Below, one piece after another: positions 22,801 through 31,375 of a stretch of DNA of 64,000 nt. The stretch is from contig CBDBDR010000017.1 in NCBI GenBank assembly GCA_965203965.1, forward strand, positions 736,001 to 800,000, read 5' to 3'. The notes beneath the pieces were generated by a model. That model had not been told where the DNA came from, did not search any database, and saw nothing but the letters and a program-made list of their open reading frames with translations. This stretch comes from Thermodesulfobacteriota bacterium. Its GTDB lineage: Bacteria > Desulfobacterota_D > UBA1144 > Nemesobacterales > JAJCZQ01. The position numbers and the translations under genes were made by a program. How positions within the stretch are numbered: position 1 is the first letter of the stretch; every line of letters starts with the position of its first letter.

Positions 22801-23288
22801 GAACAATTTCAGGGATAGGTCTGGAACTTTATCTGGAAATGCTACAAAAAGCTGTAGGAGATTTAAGCAAAAATACACAAACTGAAGATTATGAACCGGA
22901 AATAAAAACTTATGAAAGCGCCTTTATTCCCTCAACATACATGGAAAATAATTCAGAGAAACTTTACTATTACAAAAGGCTCTCGTCTTACAATACTTCA
23001 AAAGAGTTAAAGGAAATAAAAAAGGAAATCATAGACAGATTCGGGAAACTCCCTGAAGAACTAAAAACATTAATAAGAATCATTGAACTGAAACTCAAGA
23101 TAAAAAAACTCCGAATACTAAAGCTGGAAATACAAAAGAACCATGCACTCTTTATCTTCAAGGATAAATCCCTTCTACATAAAAAATCCGGGACTTCTTT
23201 GAAAATAAAAATACACTATGAAGAAAAAAACAAGTATACCGAGATTCAAAAAAAACTCCGGCAATTAAATGAAAAATTTAACCATTGA
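19896..23288 (+). CDS. mfd: Transcription-repair coupling factor
   Basis: UvrB-like segment, CarD/RID region, GFGKT, DEEH, SATPIPR, QLKGRVGR, DLEIRGAG, TRCF C-terminus. Confidence 0.95.
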   Translation: MISTTEKILSEKSKISRLDSIIKSLQNNSKNLTVSGLKGASRYFLADFISRLLNRPYIYVFNSLTEGKTISKSLSFFNGKDIRTFRQKKPLRKSIIDNHADDHRHQRISTLISAINSQSLCAEVRSLFDPVIPKETLSNSVTQLKVNDEIERDGLITKLDKYGYKKNDLVNAPCQISIRGAIIDLYSPGDHNPVRIEYEGDRIRSLRYFSLKSQKSFEKIQFVNLYPASEFIPDDDIDILCNKIMEIEKQGKITETLKNSFLKLLENKTYTANLEQLIPFIYDESESILDFLDESYLVFLELTNDLEDEYKSAFQITNKNTFDPEGFHKLSHDLEQLYITPDKIKEKLKRFQVVKINDFITLSKNHFKFRSRTSRLQPSEVKTPVQNLVETINNLLKNNFDILLVSYNENEQNKLKELLSDYNIQKLNYCVGSMENGFILEDLKLAVFCENDFSEKKGKNKLTGSNPYKEISSAFISKFSELKFGDFIVHRNFGIGIYNGLKKLKVGERECDFLECEYRDEDKIFVPVENLKLVQKYIGDNKKPSIDKLNSNNWKKTVKKVKKAVNNIAKELLDLYAKRKTIRGFNFSRRDQLFKEFEMEFGFEETADQSRAIEDVVSDMEKSKPMDRLICGDPGFGKTEIALRASFKAAMDSKQTAFLVPTTLLASQHYDNFKRRLKNYPVNTEVISRFKTAAESRNILNQLNSGIIDIIIGTHKLLGEKIKFKNLGLVIIDEEHKFGVRHKEKLKLISNGVDVLSLSATPIPRSLQLSLAKIRDISIVSTPPMGRIPVSVYVNNYSREIIREAVMKELERGGSVFFINNRVENISEVAENLKTLIPEASIGVTHGRMNEKTLENQISLFIDGEINLLVTTAIVESGLDISRANTIIVNDAHKFGLADLYQLKGRVGRGNIKADAYFLVPSINKLSVDARKRLTKLTELQDLGTGFQFALSDLEIRGAGSLFGEEQSGTISGIGLELYLEMLQKAVGDLSKNTQTEDYEPEIKTYESAFIPSTYMENNSEKLYYYKRLSSYNTSKELKEIKKEIIDRFGKLPEELKTLIRIIELKLKIKKLRILKLEIQKNHALFIFKDKSLLHKKSGTSLKIKIHYEEKNKYTEIQKKLRQLNEKFNH

Positions 23289-23346
23289 TGAAAAATCAAC
23301 ACTGGATACTTTTAACATTAAATATTTTAAAAAAGGAGCAAAACTG

Positions 23347-24273
23347 ATGAACATATTATCAAACTGCTTGATGATCGCTTTTATAATTTCAGTTGCAAGC
23401 TTGAATGCAGTCGCACGCGAACGGGTGGACAGTGTCGTCGCGGTTGTCAATGATAAAATCATAACTCAGACTGAGTATGAAGAAGAAGCAAGACTGCACG
23501 GTGTCAATATTGCAAGCCCTGAAAACAAAACTGACTTTCTGGAACAGATCATACACAGGACAATAATTGAACAGGAAGCAAAAAAGGCAGGAATAGCTGT
23601 AACCGACGCAGAGGTGGAGCAAAAAATTAAAGAATTACAGTCGCATTACAATATGAATAAGGAAGAGATGGAAAAGAAGATCAAAGAACAGAATATGACA
23701 GAAGCAGGTATGCGGAAACAGTGGAAATTTCAAATTATTACAGAAAAACTCATTCAAAGAAAAATCAAAGGCAACATAACTGTAACTGACGAGGAAGTCC
23801 GGGATTATTACAAGCAAGTATATGGCAAACTTGAAGAAGGCAGTGTAAATGAAACTGAGATTGCACATATACTGATACTCCAAGACTCTCCAGACGCAAA
23901 GCAAAAGGCTTTACAAATAACGACCGAAGCTAAGAATGGAGGTAATTTTGCCCAGATGGCAAAACAATACTCACAAGATGCAATGTCTGCACCGAATGGA
24001 GGAGTGCTGGGGTATTTTAAAAAGGGAGACTTAGTGGAATCACTTGAAGTGGCAATTCAAGACGCAACGGTAAATGAAATTGTTGGTCCAGTGGAATCCC
24101 CAGGAGGTTATCATATAATTAAAATCTTGAACAGGAAAAATGCCAAAAACGGCATATCAGAACAATATGCCAACGAAATAAAAGCCACCATTTACAGTAA
24201 GAAGGCTGAAGAGATACTGAAGAACTACACAACGGAAGTCAAAAATTCGGCTTTTATTGAAAGAAAGCTATAA
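23347..24273 (+). CDS. SurA-like periplasmic peptidyl-prolyl isomerase
   Basis: Signal peptide, [14 protein letters not shown], parvulin motifs [21 protein letters not shown]. Start moved from 23269 to ATG 23347, which has an AAGGAG SD. Confidence 0.85.
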   Translation: MNILSNCLMIAFIISVASLNAVARERVDSVVAVVNDKIITQTEYEEEARLHGVNIASPENKTDFLEQIIHRTIIEQEAKKAGIAVTDAEVEQKIKELQSHYNMNKEEMEKKIKEQNMTEAGMRKQWKFQIITEKLIQRKIKGNITVTDEEVRDYYKQVYGKLEEGSVNETEIAHILILQDSPDAKQKALQITTEAKNGGNFAQMAKQYSQDAMSAPNGGVLGYFKKGDLVESLEVAIQDATVNEIVGPVESPGGYHIIKILNRKNAKNGISEQYANEIKATIYSKKAEEILKNYTTEVKNSAFIERKL

Positions 24274-27171
24274 TGACGTGTTATACTCATCCAACGGGGG
24301 ACAAGTGCAAACAAGATTTCTATCACCAAAGACGTTGTCAATTCTACCCACAGAAGGCCAAAACTTACCTTCACGGAGAGAGTTTAGTGGGTAACAGGCT
24401 TTTTCCCTGGAATAAGCATGATTCCAAACCGACGAGACAAGGGAATCTATTGTGTGGGGAGAGTTCTTTAAAACATTATCATCTCTTGGAAATTTACTAC
24501 TTTCTATCTCTTCAATTTCCTTTCTTATCTCTATCAATGCACTACAAAATCTGTCCAATTCTTCTTTGGATTCACTCTCGGTCGGCTCGATCATCAGTGT
24601 TCCCGGCACGGGCCATGACATAGTCGGGGCATGGAAACCATAATCCATTAATCTCTTGGCAATATCTTCCACGTCAATATTGCATCTTTTCTTAAATCCC
24701 CTGAAATCTAGTATAAACTCATGTGCAACCCGTCCGTTTTCACCTTCGTAAAGCACGAGATAATGCTTTTCAAGTCTGTTCTTGAGATAGTTTGCGTTAA
24801 GAATGGCATATCTGGTTGCATCTGTTATTCCTCTGGAGCCAAGCATTCTAATATAAGCATAAGATATAAGAAGGATACTTGCACTCCCCCATGGAGCCGA
24901 ACTGACAGCATAAATTGCCTGATTTCCTGTGCCATTATCAACTAAAGAGTGTCCTGGTAAAAACGGGGAAAGATGTTTTGCCACGCATATAGGTCCCATA
25001 CCCGGACCGCCTCCACCATGTGGAATGCTGAAAGTTTTGTGCAGGTTAACATGACAAATATCAGCACCTATAATAGAGGGTTTTGTCAGACCAACTTGTG
25101 CGTTCAAATTTGCACCATCCATATAAACCTGTCCGCCATTCTTATGAACGGTATCACAAACTTCTCTGATGCTTCTTTCAAAAACACCGTGAGTAGATGG
25201 ATAAGTGATCATTATTGCAGAAAGATTATCTTTGTACCTGCTGCATTTCAGTCTGAGATCTTCAAGGTCTATACCACCAGTCCTGTCACACTTTATGACT
25301 ACCACTTTCATTCCTGCCAATACTGCACTGGCGGGATTGGTCCCGTGAGCAGAAGACGGCACAAATACCACTTCTCTGTTACCTTCATCACAACTGCGAT
25401 GATATTCCCTTATGACTTTCAGACCGGCATACTCACCCTGTGCTCCTGAATTTGGTTGGAAGGAAACAGCAGAAAATCCTGAAATCTCACACAAGAAACT
25501 TTCCAGTTCATTAAATACTTGCTGGTATCCCTTTACCTGATCCAATGGAACAAAAGGATGAATCTCCGCAAATTCAGAAAAGCTCACTGGTAGCATTTCA
25601 GTTGTGGAATTCAATTTCATAGTGCATGAACCAAGTGGAATCATGGAATATACCAATGAAAGGTCTTTATTTTCCAAACTCTTTATATACCTGAGCATAT
25701 TTGTTTCGGACTTATTCACTTTGAATACCGGGTGATCAAGAAAATCAGATGTCCTAATTAATCCCGCGGGCAATCTTGTATCTTGATTTGCGCTTGATAA
25801 CTGTTTTAATCCGTTAACACCATCGGCAATGGCAAAAACATTTATTATATTCAAAATATCATCGTCTGTTGTCGTTTCATTCAAAGATATATAAACACTG
25901 TTCACACCGTATCTGAAGTTAATACAGTTGGATAAGGCTTCCTTGTGCAATTTTTCAAGAAAACCTTCTCTATCCGAGAGATCAATACACAACGTGTCAA
26001 AATAGTGATTGTTTGACTGCTTAAAACCCAGTCTTTTCAACTCCTCTTCAAGACACACCGTGTTTTTATGGATAGATAACGCTATATCTCTTAAACCCTC
26101 CTTTCCATGATATACACAATACATACTTGCCATTATTGCTAACAATGCCTGTGCCGTGCAAATGTTTGAAGTTGCATTTTCACGTCTTATGTGCTGTTCG
26201 CGGGTTTGTAAAGACATTCTGTATGCTTTCTTTTTATTTCTATCAACTGAGACCCCTATAACTCTCCCGGGTATTTGCCTCTTAAACTCACTCCTTGTTG
26301 CAAAGTAAGCTGCATGTGGACCCCCATATCCTACCGGTACGCCAAACCTCTGTGTGGAACCAACAACAACGTCAGCTCCAAGCTCTCCAGGTGGAGTTAA
26401 AAGAGCAAGGCTCATAATATCTGCCGCTACAACCACAAGCGCGTCCAACTCATGCACTTTTTTAATAAAATCACTTATGTTATCAATATTCCCATAACTA
26501 TCAGGATATTGTAAAATGGCTCCGAAGGTATTTGTATCCAGTTTAATATCATTAAAATCCCCACTATAAAGTTCTATCCCAAGAGGTTCCGATCTTGATC
26601 TTAGAACCTCAATGGTTTGGGGAAAGCATTTTTCAGAAACAAAAAATTTATTTGCACCCTTGCTCACAAGGTTCTTATCTCGCGCTCTGTATGCCATTGT
26701 CATAGCTTCGGCAGCTGCCGTTCCCTCATCAAGCAATGAAGAATTAGCAAGCTCCATGCATGTTAAATCACAAACTACCGTTTGGAAGTTGAGGAGTGCT
26801 TCCAGCCTCCCCTGTGAAATCTCTGCCTGATAAGGAGTGTATTGGGTATACCAACCCGGATTCTCAAAGACATTTCTTAAAATCACGGTCGGGACAATAC
26901 AGTCATAATAGCCGAGCCCGATATAAGACTTGAATAAACGGTTCTTATTTGCAATTTCCCTTATATGTTTTATATATTCATGCTCAGATAAGGCAGTAGG
27001 CAAATCAAGTTCGCAGTTGTTTCTAATATCGGCAGGAACAGTTTGGTCAACTAATTCATCAAGAGAATCAACCTGCAAAACCTTTAGCATTTGCTTGGTT
27101 GCTTCCGCTGAAATACCTATATGTCTCGGAGCAAACTCACTAAGATAATTTGTTTTGTAAATACCAGACAT
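24268..27171 (-). CDS. gcvP: Glycine dehydrogenase (decarboxylating), single-chain P protein
   Basis: [46 protein letters not shown]. Confidence 0.97.
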   Translation of the reverse strand: MSGIYKTNYLSEFAPRHIGISAEATKQMLKVLQVDSLDELVDQTVPADIRNNCELDLPTALSEHEYIKHIREIANKNRLFKSYIGLGYYDCIVPTVILRNVFENPGWYTQYTPYQAEISQGRLEALLNFQTVVCDLTCMELANSSLLDEGTAAAEAMTMAYRARDKNLVSKGANKFFVSEKCFPQTIEVLRSRSEPLGIELYSGDFNDIKLDTNTFGAILQYPDSYGNIDNISDFIKKVHELDALVVVAADIMSLALLTPPGELGADVVVGSTQRFGVPVGYGGPHAAYFATRSEFKRQIPGRVIGVSVDRNKKKAYRMSLQTREQHIRRENATSNICTAQALLAIMASMYCVYHGKEGLRDIALSIHKNTVCLEEELKRLGFKQSNNHYFDTLCIDLSDREGFLEKLHKEALSNCINFRYGVNSVYISLNETTTDDDILNIINVFAIADGVNGLKQLSSANQDTRLPAGLIRTSDFLDHPVFKVNKSETNMLRYIKSLENKDLSLVYSMIPLGSCTMKLNSTTEMLPVSFSEFAEIHPFVPLDQVKGYQQVFNELESFLCEISGFSAVSFQPNSGAQGEYAGLKVIREYHRSCDEGNREVVFVPSSAHGTNPASAVLAGMKVVVIKCDRTGGIDLEDLRLKCSRYKDNLSAIMITYPSTHGVFERSIREVCDTVHKNGGQVYMDGANLNAQVGLTKPSIIGADICHVNLHKTFSIPHGGGGPGMGPICVAKHLSPFLPGHSLVDNGTGNQAIYAVSSAPWGSASILLISYAYIRMLGSRGITDATRYAILNANYLKNRLEKHYLVLYEGENGRVAHEFILDFRGFKKRCNIDVEDIAKRLMDYGFHAPTMSWPVPGTLMIEPTESESKEELDRFCSALIEIRKEIEEIESSKFPRDDNVLKNSPHTIDSLVSSVWNHAYSREKACYPLNSLREGKFWPSVGRIDNVFGDRNLVCTCPPLDEYNTSL

Positions 27172-27174
27172 TGC

Positions 27175-27582
27175 TCATTCCATCTCACTTTCAATAAAAT
27201 TGGTATAGTTTTCAGGTTCCATAAGATCGTTCATTTCTTGTGGATTATCCATCCTGACTTTAATTATCCAACCACTTTTGTATGGGTCTTCATTTATTTG
27301 TTCGGGAGATTTTGATAGAACCTCATTGACTTCTATAACTTCACCCGATACGGGGGAATATATAGCCGATACCGATTTGGTAGATTCCAAAGCACCAAAC
27401 GAATCACCTTTTGTAACTGCATCCCCTTCGCTGGGAAGTTCAATAAAAACTATTTCTCCGAGTGATTCCTGGGCGTAATCGGTAATGCCGATCTCAACCC
27501 AAACTCTCTTTTCCTTATCATCTCCGGTCCTGACCCACTCGTGATTTTCCGTGTATTTCAGATCGCTTGGAACATCAAGCAT
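27175..27582 (-). CDS. gcvH: Glycine cleavage system H protein
   Basis: HEWV, GITDYAQESLG, lipoyl-Lys motif ESTKSVS, DPYKSGW. Confidence 0.95.
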   Translation of the reverse strand: MLDVPSDLKYTENHEWVRTGDDKEKRVWVEIGITDYAQESLGEIVFIELPSEGDAVTKGDSFGALESTKSVSAIYSPVSGEVIEVNEVLSKSPEQINEDPYKSGWIIKVRMDNPQEMNDLMEPENYTNFIESEME

Positions 27583-27601
27583 CTATGACCCTCCCTAAAA
27601 C

Positions 27602-28684
27602 TTATTTCATGTAAAAAGGCAATGATACTATTTGGGCAACCCTTTTATTATTACGTATATCAACTGAGATTTCATTATTTTTCATCTTTGAGGAATTTAC
27701 AATTCCCAGTCCTATAAACTTATCGAGACTTGGTGAAAATGTGCCACTTGTCACAAATCCGGCAACCTCATCTTTTATGTATATTTCATAACCGTGCCGC
27801 GGAAAACCCTTGTCAATCATCTCAAAAGCCACCTGTTTTCTACCAAATCCAGTTTTTACATACTCCTCTAGAACTTTCTTGCCGATAAACTGCTTTTTAT
27901 TCAACTTTACATATTTATCCAATCCTGCCTCCAGGGGATTTATATCCTCATCAATTTCAAAACCGTAAAGGCTATATCCCATTTCAAGCCTCAAAGTATC
28001 TCTTGAACCCAAGCCACACAACAGGAGATCATCTCCTCCCTCCTCCTGTATCTCAATCCACAACTGAGGTGCGTTGTTCCATGGAAGATATATTTCAAAG
28101 CCATCTTCTCCAGTGTAACCAGTCCTTGAAACAAGGAGTTGTAGCTCACCCCATTTGATCTCCTGAAAATGAAACCTTTTGATCGTTTCTGTTTTGTTTC
28201 CAAGAACTTTTTTTATTATTTCAATCGACTTTGGACCTTGCAAAGCGAGCTGTGAATAGGAAGAACTGACATTATGAATCTCTACATCAAAATGACCACT
28301 GTTATCAATTATCCAATTAAAGTCTTTATTTGTATTTACAGCATTAACGCAAAGCAATAATTTATTAGTATTAATCCTGTATATCAACAGATCATCTATG
28401 ACTCCACCCTTATTGTCACACATTAGTGAATACTGGACTTGATTGTCTTTGATTTTTGATAGGTCATTAGTAGTCAGAAACTGGCATAAATCCAGAGCAT
28501 CATTCCCAGTAATCAGTATCTCTCCCATGTGACTGACGTCAAATAACCCCGCACTCTTTCTGACCCCAATATTCTCTTGCTTAATCCCTGTATAGAAAAC
28601 AGGCATTTGCCAACCTGCGTAGTCAACAATCTTTGCATTATTTGCCTTATGAATATCGTATAGGGAGGTTTTTGATATTTGCAT
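27602..28684 (-). CDS. gcvT: Glycine cleavage system T protein (aminomethyltransferase)
   Basis: GLFDVSHMG, SRTGYTGEDGFE, RDTLRLEMG, VTSGTFSP. Confidence 0.96.
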   Translation of the reverse strand: MQISKTSLYDIHKANNAKIVDYAGWQMPVFYTGIKQENIGVRKSAGLFDVSHMGEILITGNDALDLCQFLTTNDLSKIKDNQVQYSLMCDNKGGVIDDLLIYRINTNKLLLCVNAVNTNKDFNWIIDNSGHFDVEIHNVSSSYSQLALQGPKSIEIIKKVLGNKTETIKRFHFQEIKWGELQLLVSRTGYTGEDGFEIYLPWNNAPQLWIEIQEEGGDDLLLCGLGSRDTLRLEMGYSLYGFEIDEDINPLEAGLDKYVKLNKKQFIGKKVLEEYVKTGFGRKQVAFEMIDKGFPRHGYEIYIKDEVAGFVTSGTFSPSLDKFIGLGIVNSSKMKNNEISVDIRNNKRVAQIVSLPFYMK

Positions 28685-28915
28685 TTTATACAGTGAAAAA
28701 ATCAGTAAGTTAAAATGAAATTGTTAATTTAAAGTATATCTAAATTAACTTCCTATAGGAAAACACTAAACCCGGAGCAAAGGATTCATTTAAGAAATTC
28801 CATAAACTCCAATTAAAATAGTTCTGATCTAAATTGCCAATAAAAGAAAAGAAACAAACGACGTTTTAAGGATAGAAACCAAGACCACATAATAAGCAAT
28901 CAGCGATAAAACCAT

Positions 28916-29269
28916 TCAGCCATATTTTGCTTTTGAGGCTTCAACCACAGCTTTAAATCCCTCTGGATCTCTTATTGCCAATTCCGACAAAGATTTTCTG
29001 TCCAATTCAATACCCGATTTTTTCAAACCAGCAATAAACTTACTGTAGGACATATCAAACTGCCTGACTGCCGCGTTAATCCTCACAACCCAGAGTTTTC
29101 TAAACTCTCTCTTTTTCTGCTTCCTGTCTCTGTAGGCAAAAGCAAAAGCCCTTCTTAAAGTTTCTTTCGCTCGACGTAAATTGTTTTTCCTTCTTCCCCA
29201 GTATCCTTTGGCAAGTTTTAGTATCCTTTTCCTTCTCTTTCTGGATGCTACACTTTTTTTAACTCTCAT
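28916..29269 (-). CDS. rplT: 50S ribosomal protein L20
   Basis: AKGYWG, AYRDRKQKKREFRKLWVVRINAA. Confidence 0.97.
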   Translation of the reverse strand: MRVKKSVASRKRRKRILKLAKGYWGRRKNNLRRAKETLRRAFAFAYRDRKQKKREFRKLWVVRINAAVRQFDMSYSKFIAGLKKSGIELDRKSLSELAIRDPEGFKAVVEASKAKYG

Positions 29270-29290
29270 AATAAACTACTCCTGTCCATT

Positions 29291-29494
29291 CTATTCATAA
29301 GGCAAATATTTTTTAATTCTTGCGGCACTTTTACCTTCCAAATAAACCCTCTCATTCAATCTTCTTTTCCTTTTTGAATCTTTTTTTAGATTCAAGTGAC
29401 TACCTCCACCTCTGTTCCTTTTTACTTTGCCACTTGCACTATGTTCAAATCTCTTTGCGGCACTCCTGTTTGTTTTCATTTTCACTTTTGACAT
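29291..29494 (-). CDS. rpmI: 50S ribosomal protein L35
   Basis: KMKTNRSAAKRF...LPY; lies between infC and rplT; start taken as ATG 29494. Confidence 0.93.
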   Translation of the reverse strand: MSKVKMKTNRSAAKRFEHSASGKVKRNRGGGSHLNLKKDSKRKRRLNERVYLEGKSAARIKKYLPYE

Positions 29495-29502
29495 CTCTTG
29501 CC

Positions 29503-30042
29503 TCAATTTTTCCTTGCCGGTGATAAAACCATGATTAAATTTTTACCTTCCAATTTAGGCTCAAACTCAATGCTTCCAAACTCCTTCAAACTTCCACAAA
29601 CTCTTTCAGCCAACTGTTTGCCAATGTCAGGATGCAGTATCTCTCTACCTCTGAAAAATATCCTAATTCTTGTTTTATGACCATTTTGAAGAAATTCTTT
29701 TATGTGATTCAGTTTTATGTTTAGATCACCAACTCCTATATTAGGTCTCAACTTAATCTCTTTAATTGTCTGTGCTTTCTGTTTTTTTGACGACTGGTTT
29801 TTTTTCAGCTCATATTTATACTTTCCATAATCCATCAACCTGCAAACTGGTGGATTTGCTTCCGGCGCTACTTCCACTAAATCAACCCCGTTTTCTCTGG
29901 CCTTTTCTAGAGCTTCCTGTGTTCTTACGACTCCCAGTTGTGAACCGTCAATATCAATAAGTCTTATCTCGGGCACCCTTATTCTTGAATTTATTCTGGA
30001 TTCCGGCACCCTAGACTGAGTTTTACCTCTATACCTTGCTAT
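29503..30042 (-). CDS. infC: Translation initiation factor IF-3, probable AUA start
   Basis: DLVEVAPEANPPVCRLMDYGKYKY, KEIKLRP, FRGRE. In-frame ATA at 30042 lies 9 nt after GGAGGT. Confidence 0.93.
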   Translation of the reverse strand: MARYRGKTQSRVPESRINSRIRVPEIRLIDIDGSQLGVVRTQEALEKARENGVDLVEVAPEANPPVCRLMDYGKYKYELKKNQSSKKQKAQTIKEIKLRPNIGVGDLNIKLNHIKEFLQNGHKTRIRIFFRGREILHPDIGKQLAERVCGSLKEFGSIEFEPKLEGKNLIMVLSPARKN

Positions 30043-30077
30043 GTTCCCATTACCTCCGACAATCAGTAAAATTCAGA

Positions 30078-30197
30078 CTACTTTGTCCTCCCACAAAAAC
30101 CTAAGTATGTTTGTCCCATTTCATCTGTTACATACGAATTTATAAATGTGCGGTCCATTTTCTTGCTGAACTCTCGCAGATTTTGAATTTTACCATC
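30078..30197 (-). pseudogene. Decayed fragment paralogous to the adjacent Cache-like lipoprotein
   Basis: Reads DGKIQNLRE...DEMGQTYLGFCG versus DGRIENLRN and SEMGELYLFMG in the neighbour; 30175-30198 matches 30924-30947 at 20/24 nt. Confidence 0.5.
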
Positions 30198-30262
30198 TTA
30201 ATGATCCCCTGATAAAACTCACAGCAAATCTTTTATATCCTAATCTGAGAGTGAAGTTCATA

Positions 30263-31327
30263 CTATCGGTTTTCCCAGACAAAAATGTATGCCTGCATAT
30301 CCATTGAATCGACTGCTAAGTCCCCGAAAGAACTCGAATCAAACACCGCCTCCAAATCGCTTCCCTCATTGCCTAGCAAGAGTGCAGTTGCTTGGCTGAC
30401 TCTGTCTCTAACTTGTTCAAGCCTACCATCACCCATAGCATTTGGATTATTTCTATCCAGATAAATTCCCGAGCCTACAAAGTATTTTCCGTTATTGGAT
30501 CTCTTAAAATAGCTGAGCTTTGGTGGGTCACTCAAAGTATTTGGCTCACCAAGCTTTGGAAATCTATAAGCAGCCCAGACACCACTGTCTATCAAACTCT
30601 GATCAGTCATACCATTTATCTCATCTATTGCTTGCTTTGCAAATTCCCTTCCAAAATCATCCACAAGCATATAGATATCCCTATTTACTAGATCAGAGTT
30701 GGGGTGGCATGTAAGCACAGCCGATCCTTCTTCTAAGGTTCCCATAAACAGGTAGAGTTCCCCCATCTCACTATCAATTGGAGGTGTCAAAGACCCCAAT
30801 ACACTGGTTGCATATCTATCGCAAATTGCACCGTCAATACCAATCTGCGTGAGAATCGCTGAGTCGTCTGTGTTTTGATCTACTAGGGCGTTTATTTCAT
30901 CAGTAGATCTATCAACCAAGTTGCGAAGATTTTCAATCCTACCATCTGCTTTAACATTGGGGTTGTTAGAATCAAGACAGATACCTGCTCCAACAAAACG
31001 ATTGTCTGCTACTTTTTCTAAATACGAAACCTTATATGCACCACCGCAATCCGTTAGGTCCTCCTCCGCGTTTGATGACTCCAACCTGTAAGTAGCCCAT
31101 CCTGAATTATCTGTAACTTCCGAAAGCCTACCAAAAATATTTGCGCCCGTGCTATCCTCTAAATCTGTCACGTCGACCCCGTCGACCCCACTTCTTTCGG
31201 AATCAGGACGGAAAATTAGGAAAGTCCTCACACCATCATCTTGCTCACTATCACTATCATTATCACAAGAGATAAAATAAACAGATGTAAACATCATCAA
31301 CAAAACAACAAAAATTAGATTTCTCAT
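30263..31327 (-). CDS. Lipoprotein with two Cache (sCache_2-like) domains, one apparently circularly permuted
   Basis: Lipobox FISC. Repeated motifs GWATY..KVSY..FVGAGICLDSNNPN..DGR and WAAY..KLSYF..FVGSGIYLDRNNPN..DGR. Central YLF..CHP..LVDDFGREF. No TM or output domain. Confidence 0.65.
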   Translation of the reverse strand: MRNLIFVVLLMMFTSVYFISCDNDSDSEQDDGVRTFLIFRPDSERSGVDGVDVTDLEDSTGANIFGRLSEVTDNSGWATYRLESSNAEEDLTDCGGAYKVSYLEKVADNRFVGAGICLDSNNPNVKADGRIENLRNLVDRSTDEINALVDQNTDDSAILTQIGIDGAICDRYATSVLGSLTPPIDSEMGELYLFMGTLEEGSAVLTCHPNSDLVNRDIYMLVDDFGREFAKQAIDEINGMTDQSLIDSGVWAAYRFPKLGEPNTLSDPPKLSYFKRSNNGKYFVGSGIYLDRNNPNAMGDGRLEQVRDRVSQATALLLGNEGSDLEAVFDSSSFGDLAVDSMDMQAYIFVWENR

Positions 31328-31375
31328 AGTTAATAAACCCCCTCAATCAATTTAAGTTAGAATTTTATACTTTAT

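Noticed and set aside
28685..28915. Glycine riboswitch upstream of gcvT
   Set aside because: AT-rich, with no recognisable GGAGA/CCGAAG/CTCTCAGG core.
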